Assembly: GCA_963675515.1 (NCBI GenBank)
Contig: OY776328.1
Span: 810,001 to 842,000, forward strand
Source: Coprobacillaceae bacterium
GTDB lineage: Bacteria; Bacillota_I; Bacilli_A; Erysipelotrichales; Coprobacillaceae
Reading direction: 5' to 3'
Length of the DNA: 32,000 nt
In this document: positions 1 through 12,580 of the stretch, in pieces
Layout: the number at the start of each line of letters is the position of its first letter
How positions within the stretch are numbered: position 1 is the first letter of the stretch
Notes under the pieces: generated by a model
The model's database searches: none
The model's input: the letters and a program-made list of their open reading frames with translations, nothing else
What the model was told of the DNA's origin: nothing
Program-made: the position numbers and the translations under genes

Positions 1-1
1 A

Positions 2-1213
2 GTATCCGACAAAGTTTTAACTGTATTGGAAGACATCGCTGCAAACAAGGACGAAGCGGTGATTAAATACTGCGAACTGTTCGACGGTTTCAAAGTTGAA
101 GATCCAACCCAGCTGATTGCGACCGAGGCGGAAATCGAGGAAGGCTACAGCCAGGTTGACTCTGATCACATCCGCATCCTGCAGCGCAGTTATGACCAGA
201 TCAAAATGTACCATGAAAACCAGATCGACAAGTCATGGGCCATGTACAAGGAAGACGGGGTCATCCTCGGCCAGATGATCCGACCGATTGAAAGAGTGGC
301 CCTCTATGTACCAGGCGGAACGGCGACATACCCTTCGACGGTTCTGATGAACGCGGTGCCGGCAATACTGGCTGGAGTCAAGGAAATCGTGATCATCACC
401 CCGGTAAAGGGAGATGGCAAGGTCAATCCGGTCATCATGGCGGCAGCTAAGGTCTGCGGCATCAAGACAATCTACAAGGTCGGGGGAGCCCAGGGAGTTG
501 GTGCGGTAGCCTATGGCACACCGACAATCAAGAAAGTCGACAAGATTGTCGGGCCCGGCAACATCTTCGTGGCCACTGCCAAGAAGCTTGTTTACGGTAC
601 GGTTGACATCGACATGGTAGCCGGTCCTAGCGAAATCCTGATCATTGCCGACAAGGATGCCAATCCCAAATATATCGCGGCCGATCTGATGTCGCAAAGC
701 GAACACGACAAGCTGGCCAGCGCGATCCTGGTCACCACGGAAGCTGGCCTGATTGATAAAGTCAACGTAGAACTGGCCCGCCAGATCCAATATCTGTCTC
801 GCCCTGAAATCATCAGGGAATCGCTGGAAAACTACGGCGGGGCGATTGTGGTGTCGTCTCTGGACGAAGCGTTCACTGTTTCCAACTACCTTGCGCCTGA
901 ACATCTTGAGGTGCTGGTAAGTGATCCGCTCAACACCTTGCCAAAAATCCAGAATGCCGGTTCCATCTTCCTGGGCGAATACACACCAGAACCACTTGGC
1001 GACTACATGTCGGGGACCAACCACGTGCTGCCAACTGGTGGGACTGCGAAATTCTACAGCCCGCTGGGAGTTTATGACTACGTCAAAGCTTCGGCTTATT
1101 CATACTATCCAAAAGCGGCTTTGGCATCGTTCAAGGAAGATGTCGAAAAATTCGCGAAATCCGAAGGGCTTGATGCCCATGCCAATTCAATCACTGTAAG
1201 ATTCGAGGACTGA
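2..1213 (+). CDS. hisD: histidinol dehydrogenase, 5' end cut by window edge
   Basis: The frame is open from base 2 (VSDKVLTVLEDIAANKDEAV...), so the annotated TTG at 26 is not the real start. HisD-type motifs are present: SQSEHD, APEHLEV, GDYMSGTNHVLPTGG. It is followed by hisB, hisH, hisA, hisF and hisIE. Confidence 0.92.
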   Translation, partial: VSDKVLTVLEDIAANKDEAVIKYCELFDGFKVEDPTQLIATEAEIEEGYSQVDSDHIRILQRSYDQIKMYHENQIDKSWAMYKEDGVILGQMIRPIERVALYVPGGTATYPSTVLMNAVPAILAGVKEIVIITPVKGDGKVNPVIMAAAKVCGIKTIYKVGGAQGVGAVAYGTPTIKKVDKIVGPGNIFVATAKKLVYGTVDIDMVAGPSEILIIADKDANPKYIAADLMSQSEHDKLASAILVTTEAGLIDKVNVELARQIQYLSRPEIIRESLENYGGAIVVSSLDEAFTVSNYLAPEHLEVLVSDPLNTLPKIQNAGSIFLGEYTPEPLGDYMSGTNHVLPTGGTAKFYSPLGVYDYVKASAYSYYPKAALASFKEDVEKFAKSEGLDAHANSITVRFED

Positions 1214-1217
1214 TACC

Positions 1218-1805
1218 ATGCGCCAGGGAAAAATTAACCGTGAAACTTTAGAAACAAAACTGAATATCGCCCTTGATCTTGACGGCCAGGGGAAAACCAA
1301 GATCGAGACCAAGATCGGCTTTTTCGACCATATGCTTACCCTGTTTGGATTCCATGGCGGGTTCGACCTGGAAGTGTTATGTGACGGGGACATCGAGGTC
1401 GACAGCCACCACTCGATTGAGGATGTGGGAATCGCCTTAGGACTGGCTTTCAAGGAAGCCCTGGGCGACAGGAAAGGCATCAGCCGTTATGGCAGCTTCC
1501 GCCTGGTCATGGACGAGGCTTTGGTTTGTGTCGATCTTGACATTTCCAACCGTCCCTACCTTGTTTTCAATGGCGAAATTCCAAAAGTGACTCTTGGCAA
1601 TTTCGACTGCGAGATGACCGAGGAATTCCTGCGGGCATTCGCCTTCAATGCGGGGATCACCCTGCATGTCAACGTGATGTATGGCAAGAATGTGCACCAT
1701 ATCATCGAGGGAATCTTCAAGGCACTCGCACGAGCACTGAAAATTGCGGCGACAATCGATGCCAGCAAGGCCGGTCAGGTGAGTTCCACCAAGGGAATGT
1801 TATAA
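1218..1805 (+). CDS. hisB: imidazoleglycerol-phosphate dehydratase
   Basis: 195 aa. IGPD metal-binding motifs are present: DSHHSIEDVGIALG and HHIIEGIFKALARAL. The ATG lies 4 nt after the hisD stop. Confidence 0.93.
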   Translation: MRQGKINRETLETKLNIALDLDGQGKTKIETKIGFFDHMLTLFGFHGGFDLEVLCDGDIEVDSHHSIEDVGIALGLAFKEALGDRKGISRYGSFRLVMDEALVCVDLDISNRPYLVFNGEIPKVTLGNFDCEMTEEFLRAFAFNAGITLHVNVMYGKNVHHIIEGIFKALARALKIAATIDASKAGQVSSTKGML

Positions 1806-1816
1806 GGAGAACGATT

Positions 1817-2425
1817 ATGGTTGTGATAATAGATTATAATGTCGGCAATCTTTCAAGTGTTGCCGGAGCATTGAAACGGGTCGGGATCGAAGCGGTTGTG
1901 ACCCGGGACAAGGAAACGATTGAAAACGCCCAGGCGATCATCCTGCCAGGAGTCGGATCTTTCCCGGTGGCCATGGCCAACCTGGAGAAATACGACCTGA
2001 TCGACACTTTGACCAAGTGCAAGGAAAAAGGGACGATCATCATGGGAATATGTCTAGGAATGCAGGTGCTTTTCGAGATGGGATACGAAGTCAAACAAAC
2101 CAAAGGTCTGGGATTCATCCCCGGCAAGGTAGAGTATATGGATATCGATGAGAAGATTCCACATATGGGCTGGAACGAGCTTTACTTCAACCAGAACCAT
2201 CCGATCCTCAAATACATCGAGGAAAACGAGGATGTGTACTATGTCCACTCTTATCAGGCGGTTACCGATGATGAAAACATCATCGCCTACTCAATGTATG
2301 GGACTGCGAAGATTCCGGGCATCGTGTACAAGGACAATGTCATCGGCTGCCAGTTCCATCCGGAAAAAAGTGGAGCCGTGGGCGAGAATATTTTGAAGGC
2401 GTTTAAGGAGATGATCGAATGTTAG
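1817..2425 (+). CDS. hisH: imidazole glycerol phosphate synthase, glutamine amidotransferase subunit
   Basis: 202 aa class I GATase. Motifs: PGVGSFP, GICLGMQ (nucleophile Cys) and QFHPEKS. AAGGAG Shine-Dalgarno upstream. Confidence 0.93.
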   Translation: MVVIIDYNVGNLSSVAGALKRVGIEAVVTRDKETIENAQAIILPGVGSFPVAMANLEKYDLIDTLTKCKEKGTIIMGICLGMQVLFEMGYEVKQTKGLGFIPGKVEYMDIDEKIPHMGWNELYFNQNHPILKYIEENEDVYYVHSYQAVTDDENIIAYSMYGTAKIPGIVYKDNVIGCQFHPEKSGAVGENILKAFKEMIEC

Positions 2426-3144
2426 TGATACCAGCTATAGATTTGAAAGACGGAGAGGCAATCCGCCTTTACAAAGGGGATTACAACCAGAAGACGGTAT
2501 ATTCGTCAAAACCAGAAGAGATTGCGGCCAAATTCAGTGAAATGGGGGCTGACTATCTCCATGTCGTCGACCTCGACGGAGCCAAGGACGGATTTGGCAT
2601 CAATACCGAAGTGATCAAACGAATCAAGGAAAACACGGATATGCCAATCGAGCTGGGCGGTGGGATCCGCAACCTGGAAACAGTGAAAATGTATCTTGAA
2701 GACATCAAGATCGACCGGGTCATCCTGGGAACCGCGGCTCTCAAGGACCGTGCCTTCTTGAAGGCGGCGCTTGACAAGTACGGACCGGAACGCATTGTGG
2801 TGGGAGTTGACGTGAAAAACGGCTATGTCTCGACCCAGGGCTGGCTGGACACTTCCGATGTCTTCTTCCTGGATTTCATCAAGGAACTTGACCAGATGGG
2901 TGTCAAGTACATCGTCGCGACCGACATTTCCAAGGACGGAACGCTGCAGGGGCCAAACTTCGAGATGTACCAGCAGATCAAGGACAATTCACCGATCAAC
3001 TTCGTTGTCAGCGGCGGAATCTCTTCAAATGAGGACATACTGAAAGTTGCGGACCATGACTATTATGGCTGCATCATCGGCAAGGCCTACTATGAAGGCA
3101 AGGTCGATATCAAAGAGGTGGCAGCATGCTTAAAAAAAGGATAA
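2419..3144 (+). CDS. hisA: ProFAR isomerase
   Basis: 241 aa. Motifs: [15 protein letters not shown] and SGGISS. Its start overlaps the hisH stop by 7 nt. Confidence 0.92.
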   Translation: MLVIPAIDLKDGEAIRLYKGDYNQKTVYSSKPEEIAAKFSEMGADYLHVVDLDGAKDGFGINTEVIKRIKENTDMPIELGGGIRNLETVKMYLEDIKIDRVILGTAALKDRAFLKAALDKYGPERIVVGVDVKNGYVSTQGWLDTSDVFFLDFIKELDQMGVKYIVATDISKDGTLQGPNFEMYQQIKDNSPINFVVSGGISSNEDILKVADHDYYGCIIGKAYYEGKVDIKEVAACLKKG

Positions 3145-3887
3145 TACCATGTCTTGACATCAAGGATGGCAAGGTTGTCAAGGGTGTCAACTTCGTCGGA
3201 TTGAAGGAAGTCGGAGATCCGGTTGAACTCGCCAAACGCTATGACCTCCAGTGCGCCGACGAGGTTGTGTTCCTCGACATCACCGCTTCCTACGAGGACC
3301 GGGGCATCATCCGTGATCTGATTGCCAAGGCTGCCAGCGAGCTGTCAATCCCGTTGGCAGTCGGGGGCGGAATCCGCACAATCGACGATTTCAGGATGAT
3401 CCTGGCATCGGGGGCTGACAAGGTTTCGGTCAATTCGGCGGCAATCGCCAATCCCGATCTGATCAAGCAGGCCAGTGACGAGTTCGGGGTGCAATGCGTT
3501 GTCATTGCCATCGATGCCAAAAAGAACGACCAGGGCCGCTATGACGTATATGTCAAGGGTGGCAGGGAAAATACCGGACTTGACCTGGTCGAATGGGTCA
3601 AAAAATGCGAAAGTCTTGGAGCGGGCGAAGTCCTGCTGACCTCGATGGATGCCGATGGCACCCGGGCGGGATTCGATATCGACATGCTCAATGCGGTATG
3701 CGAAGTTGTCAATATCCCGGTCATCGCTTCGGGAGGATGTGGCAGCGTCCAGGATATCGTCGATGTTTTCGAGAAGACGAATGTCGATGCGGCCCTGGTC
3801 GCTTCCCTTTTCCACTTCAATGAAGCGACAGTCGAGGATGTCAGAAATGAACTGACCAAATACAATATTCACGTAAGGAGGGTCTAA
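3126..3887 (+). CDS. hisF: imidazole glycerol phosphate synthase, cyclase subunit
   Basis: 253 aa. Motifs: [36 protein letters not shown] and ASGG. It overlaps the hisA 3' end. Confidence 0.94.
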   Translation: MLKKRIIPCLDIKDGKVVKGVNFVGLKEVGDPVELAKRYDLQCADEVVFLDITASYEDRGIIRDLIAKAASELSIPLAVGGGIRTIDDFRMILASGADKVSVNSAAIANPDLIKQASDEFGVQCVVIAIDAKKNDQGRYDVYVKGGRENTGLDLVEWVKKCESLGAGEVLLTSMDADGTRAGFDIDMLNAVCEVVNIPVIASGGCGSVQDIVDVFEKTNVDAALVASLFHFNEATVEDVRNELTKYNIHVRRV

Positions 3888-3888
3888 G

Positions 3889-4530
3889 ATGCGCCCAGAT
3901 TTTACCAAAATGGAGATGATCCCGGCGATTGTCCAGGATTATCAGACCAAACAAGTGCTGATGCTTGCCTATGTCAATGAGGAAGCATATGACAAGATGC
4001 TCGAGCTAAACGAGACTGTCTTCTATTCAAGAAGTCGCAACAAGTTGTGGCATAAAGGCGAAGAAAGCGGCCATTTCCAGAAGATCAAAGGGATGTATCT
4101 TGACTGCGACGCGGATACATTGTTGATCTTCGTCGACCAGATCGGTGGAAGCGCCTGCCATACCGGGGCTTATTCCTGCTTCTTCAACGAGGTGCAGGAA
4201 TTCGACGATACGAACATCTTTGTCGAGCTGGAAAAATCGATTGTCGACCGGGCGATCAATCCGGTGGAAAAATCGTATACCAACTACCTCCTGAATGAAG
4301 GGGTCGACAAGATCGCCAAGAAGGTCGGCGAGGAAGCTGCGGAAACAATCATCGCCGCTAAAAATGCCGACAAGCCTGAGCTTATCGGTGAGATCGGCGA
4401 TCTGTTCTACCATGTCTTTGTCCTGATGCAAAATCAGGGGATCACCCTCAAGGAAGTTGAAGACAAGTTGAAGGAACGCCACAAGATCACCGGCAACAAG
4501 AAAGAGTTCAACAGCCGGGGCGAATACTAA
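3889..4530 (+). CDS. hisIE: bifunctional phosphoribosyl-AMP cyclohydrolase / phosphoribosyl-ATP pyrophosphatase
   Basis: 213 aa. The N-terminal half is PRA-CH (DCDADTLLIFVDQIGGSACHTG.YSCF). The C-terminal half is PRA-PH (SYTNYLL..G.DKIAKKVGEEA.E.IIA, EIGDLFYHVFVLM). Confidence 0.92.
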   Translation: MRPDFTKMEMIPAIVQDYQTKQVLMLAYVNEEAYDKMLELNETVFYSRSRNKLWHKGEESGHFQKIKGMYLDCDADTLLIFVDQIGGSACHTGAYSCFFNEVQEFDDTNIFVELEKSIVDRAINPVEKSYTNYLLNEGVDKIAKKVGEEAAETIIAAKNADKPELIGEIGDLFYHVFVLMQNQGITLKEVEDKLKERHKITGNKKEFNSRGEY

Positions 4531-4531
4531 G

Positions 4532-5287
4532 ATGTTTGTCGACTTCCATATCCATACCCACCATTCGTTCGATTCGACCCAGGCTCCCGAGCCCTATATA
4601 ATCAAGGCGATCGAACTGGGCATGGACGAGATCTGTTTCACGGATCATCACGATTTCAATTATCCCGTCGACAATTTCGAACTGAACGTTATCGACTATT
4701 TCCTGGAACTCAAGGAGCTCCAGAAGAAATATCAGGACCAGATCAAAATCAAAATCGGGGTCGAGATCGGGCTTGATCTCGATTACGTCGATGAGATCAA
4801 TCAGTTCATCAAATCGGGTCCGTTCGAATTTGTGATCGGATCGATCCATGTCATCGACCATACCGAATTCTACTACGGGGAATTCTTCAAAGGTCTGACC
4901 AAGGATGAGGCCCATCACAAGTATTTCAGTGCGGTTCTCGACTGTGTCAGGGAATTCGACTGCTTCGATGTCTTGGGCCATCTTGACTACATTTCCAGGT
5001 ATGGCCCTTATGAAGACAAAAGCATCGATTACGACAAGCACAAGGTTGTGATTGAGCAGATTTTCACTGCCTTGATCCACAAGTTCAAGGGTATCGAGCT
5101 AAACACTTCGGGATACCGCACCTGCGGTCATCCTTTCCCTGATTTTGACCTGGCGCAGCGGTTCTACGATATGGGCGGACGGGTTATAAGCGTCGGTTCG
5201 GACTCCCATTCGACCGCTACTTTGGGTGTCCACAACCAGGAAGTCATCGACAGGCTCGAAAAGATAGGTTTTTCAATCCGGCATTAA
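4532..5287 (+). CDS. hisJ: histidinol-phosphatase, PHP family
   Basis: 251 aa. It opens with the PHP-domain motif FVDFHIHTHHSFDS and has later His/Asp ligands (GSIH, LGHLDY, SDSH). It is the last gene of the his run, starting 1 nt after the hisIE stop. Confidence 0.85.
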   Translation: MFVDFHIHTHHSFDSTQAPEPYIIKAIELGMDEICFTDHHDFNYPVDNFELNVIDYFLELKELQKKYQDQIKIKIGVEIGLDLDYVDEINQFIKSGPFEFVIGSIHVIDHTEFYYGEFFKGLTKDEAHHKYFSAVLDCVREFDCFDVLGHLDYISRYGPYEDKSIDYDKHKVVIEQIFTALIHKFKGIELNTSGYRTCGHPFPDFDLAQRFYDMGGRVISVGSDSHSTATLGVHNQEVIDRLEKIGFSIRH

Positions 5288-5328
5288 GCTGGATTTTTTC
5301 TTATCACTGGTTATCTTTAAATCAAATA

Positions 5329-5337
5329 TGTTATAAT
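5329..5337 (+). promoter_or_regulatory. extended -10 promoter element (TGtTATAAT) for the RepA_N-like/CDF unit
   Basis: TGTTATAAT lies at 5329-5337, followed by AAGGAGGA and the ATG at 5359. No clear -35 is visible. Confidence 0.45.
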
Positions 5338-5358
5338 GTACACAAGGAGGATGTCTAT

Positions 5359-5706
5359 ATGGAACTATTCAACAAGGAATCACTGGAATTGCTTATCAAA
5401 AATACTGACGACAACAGCTATTACCTGCCAAGAAGGCTTTTTGCGACGAATTATTTCGCGACAGTGCGACTGGAAACTAAGCTGGCGTATGCCGCAATCG
5501 CCGAAACGCTGATGCAAAGTCCGCATTACGACAAGAACGGCGCGGCCTATGTCAAAATCGACAATCCCGAAATCATCCACAATCTCAAAAAGATTGCGAA
5601 CAAGGATGTCGACAAGCAGAAAATCAACACTTACTTTGATGAATTGAAGGAAGCCGGCCTTATTGAAGTGGAAGGTATGAACATCAAGGTTCTCAACGTT
5701 GATTAA
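5359..5706 (+). CDS. small hypothetical protein, RepA_N-like (replication initiator A N-terminal / winged-helix-like) domain
   Basis: 115 aa with a strong Shine-Dalgarno. The pattern YYLPRRLF....LETKLAYAAI...........AYV.I....I...L......K....F.EL.E.GLIE resembles the Firmicute RepA_N family from memory. No plasmid or phage context is present. Confidence 0.5.
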   Translation: MELFNKESLELLIKNTDDNSYYLPRRLFATNYFATVRLETKLAYAAIAETLMQSPHYDKNGAAYVKIDNPEIIHNLKKIANKDVDKQKINTYFDELKEAGLIEVEGMNIKVLNVD

Positions 5707-6865
5707 CTTTCTTACCAAACGCTTCATCAGGGATCATGAAAATTTAGAAGATGAGAATGTCCGCGGTAATTACGGGATTTTTGCATCGGTGCTTTCCATC
5801 ATTCTAAATGTGATTCTGGTGGTTTTCAAAATCATGGTAGGCCTGGCTGTCAACTCGATTGCGGTCATTGCCGATGGCATCAACAATATGACCGATGTGG
5901 TTTCCAACTTGGCGACCCTGGTAGGCTTCAGGCTGGCTTTGCAGCTGCCGGATGAAAAACATCCTTATGGTCATGGCCGATTCGAGTATATCAGCGGCAT
6001 CATCATTTCTTTTTTTATCCTGATCGTGGCCTTCGTCACGGTCCGCGATTCGGTGATGAAAATAATCACCAATGAACCGGTTTTCTTCGACGCGGTCGGA
6101 GCGGTAGTCTTGATCGGGGCAATCTTCATCAAATTCTTCATGGCCTATTTCAACCGTGATATCGCCAAGAAGATCGATTCGACCTCGCTGAATGCAGCCG
6201 CCCAGGACAGCCTTAACGATGTGCTGGCAACGACTGCCACGCTTATAGCCTTGATTTTGGCGCGTTTCACGACGCTTCCGGTCGACGGTGTCATGGGGAC
6301 GATAGTCGGCGTGATTGTTTTCCGGTCGGGGATTGAAATATTCAAGGACACGGTCAATCCGTTGCTGGGGCTGGCTCCTTCGCCAGAACTCGTCAAGGAG
6401 ATTGTCCAGTATGTCAACACTGCTGCGGTTTCCAAGGGAAGCCACGATATCATGATCCATGATTACGGTCCATCCCGCAAGTTCATGACTTTGCATGTGG
6501 AGGTCGATGCCCGCGACGATATCATGGCCGTCCATGACGCGATTGACAATCTTGAGTACGACCTGGAGAGGAAGTTCAAGATCAAGACAGTCATCCATAT
6601 GGACCCAATCGACTACAACAACCCTGAACTCGAACCGGTAAGGCGCCAGGTGATGAGTGTCATCAAAAAATACGATGAATGTTACTCGATGCACGACTTC
6701 CGGATGGTTGCCGGTCCGACCCACACAAATCTGATTTTCGATCTGGTTGTCCCGTTTGAACAGGACAAGTCCAAAGATCAAATCAAGGAGGAGCTGACCG
6801 ACCTGATTGAGATTGCCAATCCCAAGTATCGGGTGAAAATGACAGTCGAGCATAAATACTACTGA
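5699..6865 (+). CDS. cation diffusion facilitator family transporter (Zn/Co/Cd/Fe efflux type)
   Basis: 388 aa. Six predicted TM segments are followed by a cytoplasmic domain. CDF motifs are present: AVIADGINNMTDV and HPYGHGRFEYISG. The TTG start overlaps the upstream stop by 8 nt. Confidence 0.88.
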   Translation: MINFLTKRFIRDHENLEDENVRGNYGIFASVLSIILNVILVVFKIMVGLAVNSIAVIADGINNMTDVVSNLATLVGFRLALQLPDEKHPYGHGRFEYISGIIISFFILIVAFVTVRDSVMKIITNEPVFFDAVGAVVLIGAIFIKFFMAYFNRDIAKKIDSTSLNAAAQDSLNDVLATTATLIALILARFTTLPVDGVMGTIVGVIVFRSGIEIFKDTVNPLLGLAPSPELVKEIVQYVNTAAVSKGSHDIMIHDYGPSRKFMTLHVEVDARDDIMAVHDAIDNLEYDLERKFKIKTVIHMDPIDYNNPELEPVRRQVMSVIKKYDECYSMHDFRMVAGPTHTNLIFDLVVPFEQDKSKDQIKEELTDLIEIANPKYRVKMTVEHKYY

Positions 6866-6898
6866 CACAATTCAGGCAGATCATGCCTGTTGGAAAAG

Positions 6899-6923
6899 AA
6901 CCTCAGACCATGGGGTTTTTTTT
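6899..6923 (+). terminator. rho-independent terminator of the CDF gene
   Basis: AACCTC-agaccat-GGGGTT followed by a T8 run. A second small hairpin, CAGGCA-gatca-TGCCTG, lies at 6873-6889. Confidence 0.6.
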
Positions 6924-6925
6924 GC

Positions 6926-8597
6926 GCACAATCAAATCATGCTTATTGAAAGCATCCTACAAGACCGGGCTTATTGATTGATGAAGTTTTCTGGTTTTGA
7001 AAGTGTTTTTAAATATTGGAAAAAGACGACTCTTGTTTTTGAATCGTGGTATATTTGTAAGCAAGGAGCTAACTATATTTAAATCAAGTGTTTTTTGATA
7101 ATTAGCTGAATTTATTGTTAGATTTTTGAAAAGTGAATTTGTGTACACTGAAAACAACCACACAGTGGCCTTGGAATTTATTTTACAGTTGTAAATTATT
7201 TGAGTTCCGATTCGTCAAACGTGATGTTTTCAGATAACAGTTTATAAATTACTCTTATTAGTTTTCTAATCGAATGTCCTTGAGCGCAGCGATGTGATTT
7301 ACCTTGAGAACGTTTTAGGTTATAATAACTATTGAAAGTGGAGTTGTGGGTGCATACTGGAAGAATGCATTGGTAAAGTGTCTTTCTCAAATAACGTGAA
7401 CCACGTTTTGACAAAGCAGTTTGTGGGGCGTTGTATTCTCCGGATTGATATATTCCGGGATCAACACCTGCAAAACCGATAACTTTAGCTGGGGAGCTAA
7501 AATTGTCGAGATCCCCAATTTCACTTAATATTGACATTCCTGAGTATATACCAATGCCAGGGATAGTAAAGATAGGAGAATTTAGTGCGATGGCTAGTTC
7601 TTCTATTTTTTTATCCACTATTTCCAAGTGCTGCTCAGATAAATCAAGGGATTCAATAAGCATTTTGATTTCCATGGTAATTATTTCGTTGTTCTCGCCG
7701 ATTGATTGTTTAGCTGCTTCGCGAATTGCCAAGGCATCAACCTTCACAGTTCTACCTTTTCCTTGTTGCCGCAAGACATTTTTAAGATGAGCAAGATTGG
7801 CATTGGCTAGATTGTATGAGTTCCCAAACTCTCTTAAAATAGCCATGTAAGCCCGAGAATACTTGGTTTTGAACCAACTGTTTATTTCAGGAATTACGGT
7901 ATCAATGCACTTTTGAAGTCTGTTTTTAAGCTGGTTGATATCTTCAGTAAGTGTTGCGTGATACCGGGTAAGTTCTTTGGCTTGTTTCAATGCCAACTTG
8001 CGTTTTGTAACCTTGGTGTAGTTCTTGTCGAACAGCACAGAGCAGATCAGGAAAGTATCTTTCTTATCGTTTTTGGTCTTCCTGATTTTTCCACGACGCT
8101 TGGCATCAGTTGTCAAAGGATTTATCATCCCGACTTCGTAGCTGTTTGATACTAGAAAATTTACGATATTGTCACCGTAGTGACCTGTCGCCTCTAGTCC
8201 GACAATATGCCTTGAAGAATTGAATTTTCTTGTGTTTTTAAGAAATAAGTCAAATCCATTACGGCTATTGGTGAAGAAAAAAGGTTCGACCAACACTTCG
8301 CCATTTGAGTCAACAACGCAGGCACAGTGTTTGAATTTACCTACGTCAATACCGATGTAATACATGATAACACGTCCTTTCGTAATAGGTGAGATGTGAT
8401 ATATCCACATACAAGGTATCAAAGATCCTGGTGCAAAATACAAGTTCAAAGACTTATCTAACTAATTTCAATTCAGATACGAAGATGTGGCAATTTCCTC
8501 CTCGAGGTAGTCAAGCTACAGGAATAAAACATCAAAGTACACATTCACAATTCAATTCTATAACAAAAATAAAAGAAAGGAAAATGTATATCATAAA
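6926..8597 (-). mobile_element. IS110-family insertion sequence (only a bounding interval is given; the exact ends are not resolved)
   Basis: An AT-rich block sits between the CDF terminator and the promoter of the GH1 genes. It contains a single IS110-type transposase. This family lacks classical terminal inverted repeats, so I could not place the ends. Confidence 0.55.
7196..8365 (-). CDS. IS110 family transposase (DEDD N-terminal domain plus C-terminal HhH domain)
   Basis: The start is chosen at MYYIGIDVGKFKHCACVVD (the IS110 hallmark), 28 codons inside the track ORF. Later motifs: VGLEATGHY, IPGIG..SGMSILSEIGD..NF and SG......LSKRGSRYLR..LY. Confidence 0.9.
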   Translation of the reverse strand: MYYIGIDVGKFKHCACVVDSNGEVLVEPFFFTNSRNGFDLFLKNTRKFNSSRHIVGLEATGHYGDNIVNFLVSNSYEVGMINPLTTDAKRRGKIRKTKNDKKDTFLICSVLFDKNYTKVTKRKLALKQAKELTRYHATLTEDINQLKNRLQKCIDTVIPEINSWFKTKYSRAYMAILREFGNSYNLANANLAHLKNVLRQQGKGRTVKVDALAIREAAKQSIGENNEIITMEIKMLIESLDLSEQHLEIVDKKIEELAIALNSPIFTIPGIGIYSGMSILSEIGDLDNFSSPAKVIGFAGVDPGIYQSGEYNAPQTALSKRGSRYLRKTLYQCILPVCTHNSTFNSYYNLKRSQGKSHRCAQGHSIRKLIRVIYKLLSENITFDESELK

Positions 8598-10025
<1,428 letters not shown>

Positions 10026-10038
10026 AGAAGGAGATTAG

Positions 10039-11486
<1,448 letters not shown>

Positions 11487-11487
<1 letters not shown>

Positions 11488-11520
11488 ACGGACCCTAGCG
11501 GTTCGTTTTACTTTTTCTTT
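11487..11520 (+). terminator. rho-independent terminator
   Basis: AACGGACC-ctagc-GGTTCGTT followed by a T-rich tract (TTTACTTTTTCTTT). Confidence 0.6.
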
Positions 11521-11597
11521 TTGAAAATAGAAAATATGATGATTTGATGCACGTTTGATGATATATTAAAGATATTGTGACAAAAAAGGAGAAATTT

Positions 11598-12485
11598 ATG
11601 AAGAAATATTTGACTATTGACATCGGTGGCAGTGCCATCAAATACGGAGTGATCGACGAGCAGCTAAATTTCACTTCCAAAGGTAAGGTTCCGACCCCGC
11701 TTGATAACATTGAAAATCTGCTTCAAACCATCGGGGAGTTGGTATCGAGCTGTCAGGAACCGATTGCTGGATTGGCGGTATCGATGCCTGGAATAATCGA
11801 CAATGAACTTGGGTATGCCTACACCGGAGGGGCGCTGACATACATCCATGAGACCAACTTCAAGGATGAGCTTGAAGCCTTCACGGAAATGAAGGTGGCA
11901 ATCTGCAACGACGCCAAGGCGGCTACTTTGGCTGAGATGGGTTACGGTCATCTTAAGGGAATTGCCAACGGTATCGTAGTGGTGCTGGGAACCGGAATCG
12001 GCGGGGGTGTTGTCATCAACAACAAGCTGATCAAGGGAACGCATTTCTCGGCTGGGGAATTCTCATTCATCAAGGGTGATGTGAATGACGATTCCAGCGA
12101 CAATCTCTTCGCCTTCACCAACGGCATTGGTGGAGTCAAAAAGGAGATTTTAAAAGCATCGGGTATGGAAAACGTCGAAGGGGTAGAGGCCTTCAAGATG
12201 ATCAAAGAAGGAAACCGGGAAGTGCTTGCTGGAATGCAGGCCTACTGCGACAAACTCGCCTTTCATTTATACAACCTCCAGGTCATCCTTGATGTTGAAA
12301 GGGTGCTTATTGGCGGAGGAATCTCCCAGGAGCCGATGATGGTCGATTTGATCAACGAAGCGGCCGACAGGAAATTCGGTGGTGCATTCAACTTCATCAA
12401 GAAACCGGAAATCATGACCTGTCAGTTCTGCAACGATGCCAACCTGATCGGAGCGCTCTACAATTTCAAGAATATCCATGAATAA
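11598..12485 (+). CDS. ROK-family sugar kinase, possibly a beta-glucoside kinase
   Basis: The start is chosen at the ATG preceded by AAGGAG (MKKYLTIDIGGSAIKYGVID). ROK/ASKHA motifs DIGG and LGTGIGGGVV are present. The Cys-rich zinc motif is absent. Adjacency to two 6-P-beta-glucosidases suggests a BglK-like role (inference). Confidence 0.75.
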   Translation: MKKYLTIDIGGSAIKYGVIDEQLNFTSKGKVPTPLDNIENLLQTIGELVSSCQEPIAGLAVSMPGIIDNELGYAYTGGALTYIHETNFKDELEAFTEMKVAICNDAKAATLAEMGYGHLKGIANGIVVVLGTGIGGGVVINNKLIKGTHFSAGEFSFIKGDVNDDSSDNLFAFTNGIGGVKKEILKASGMENVEGVEAFKMIKEGNREVLAGMQAYCDKLAFHLYNLQVILDVERVLIGGGISQEPMMVDLINEAADRKFGGAFNFIKKPEIMTCQFCNDANLIGALYNFKNIHE

Positions 12486-12490
12486 CATTC

Positions 12491-12527
12491 AAGCTTGCCT
12501 TAATCGAGGTAAGCTTTCTTTTTTTGT
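12491..12527 (+). terminator. rho-independent terminator
   Basis: AAGCTTGCC-ttaatcga-GGTAAGCTT followed by TCTTTTTTTG. Confidence 0.7.
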
Positions 12528-12580
12528 TTACTTCAACATGACTTTAAGGTGTATGATGTTCTCAAGAAAGCGAGGTAAAT

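Noticed and set aside
233-1024. Long antisense ORFs opposite clearly conserved genes. Examples: 233-1024, 3345-3908, 4027-4482, 4508-5080, 5804-6868, 8661-9278, 9315-9797 and 12928-13293.
   Set aside because: They are shadow ORFs on the opposite strand of genes with strong family signatures. They are low-complexity and Arg/Asp-rich, have no Shine-Dalgarno, and show no recognisable motifs.
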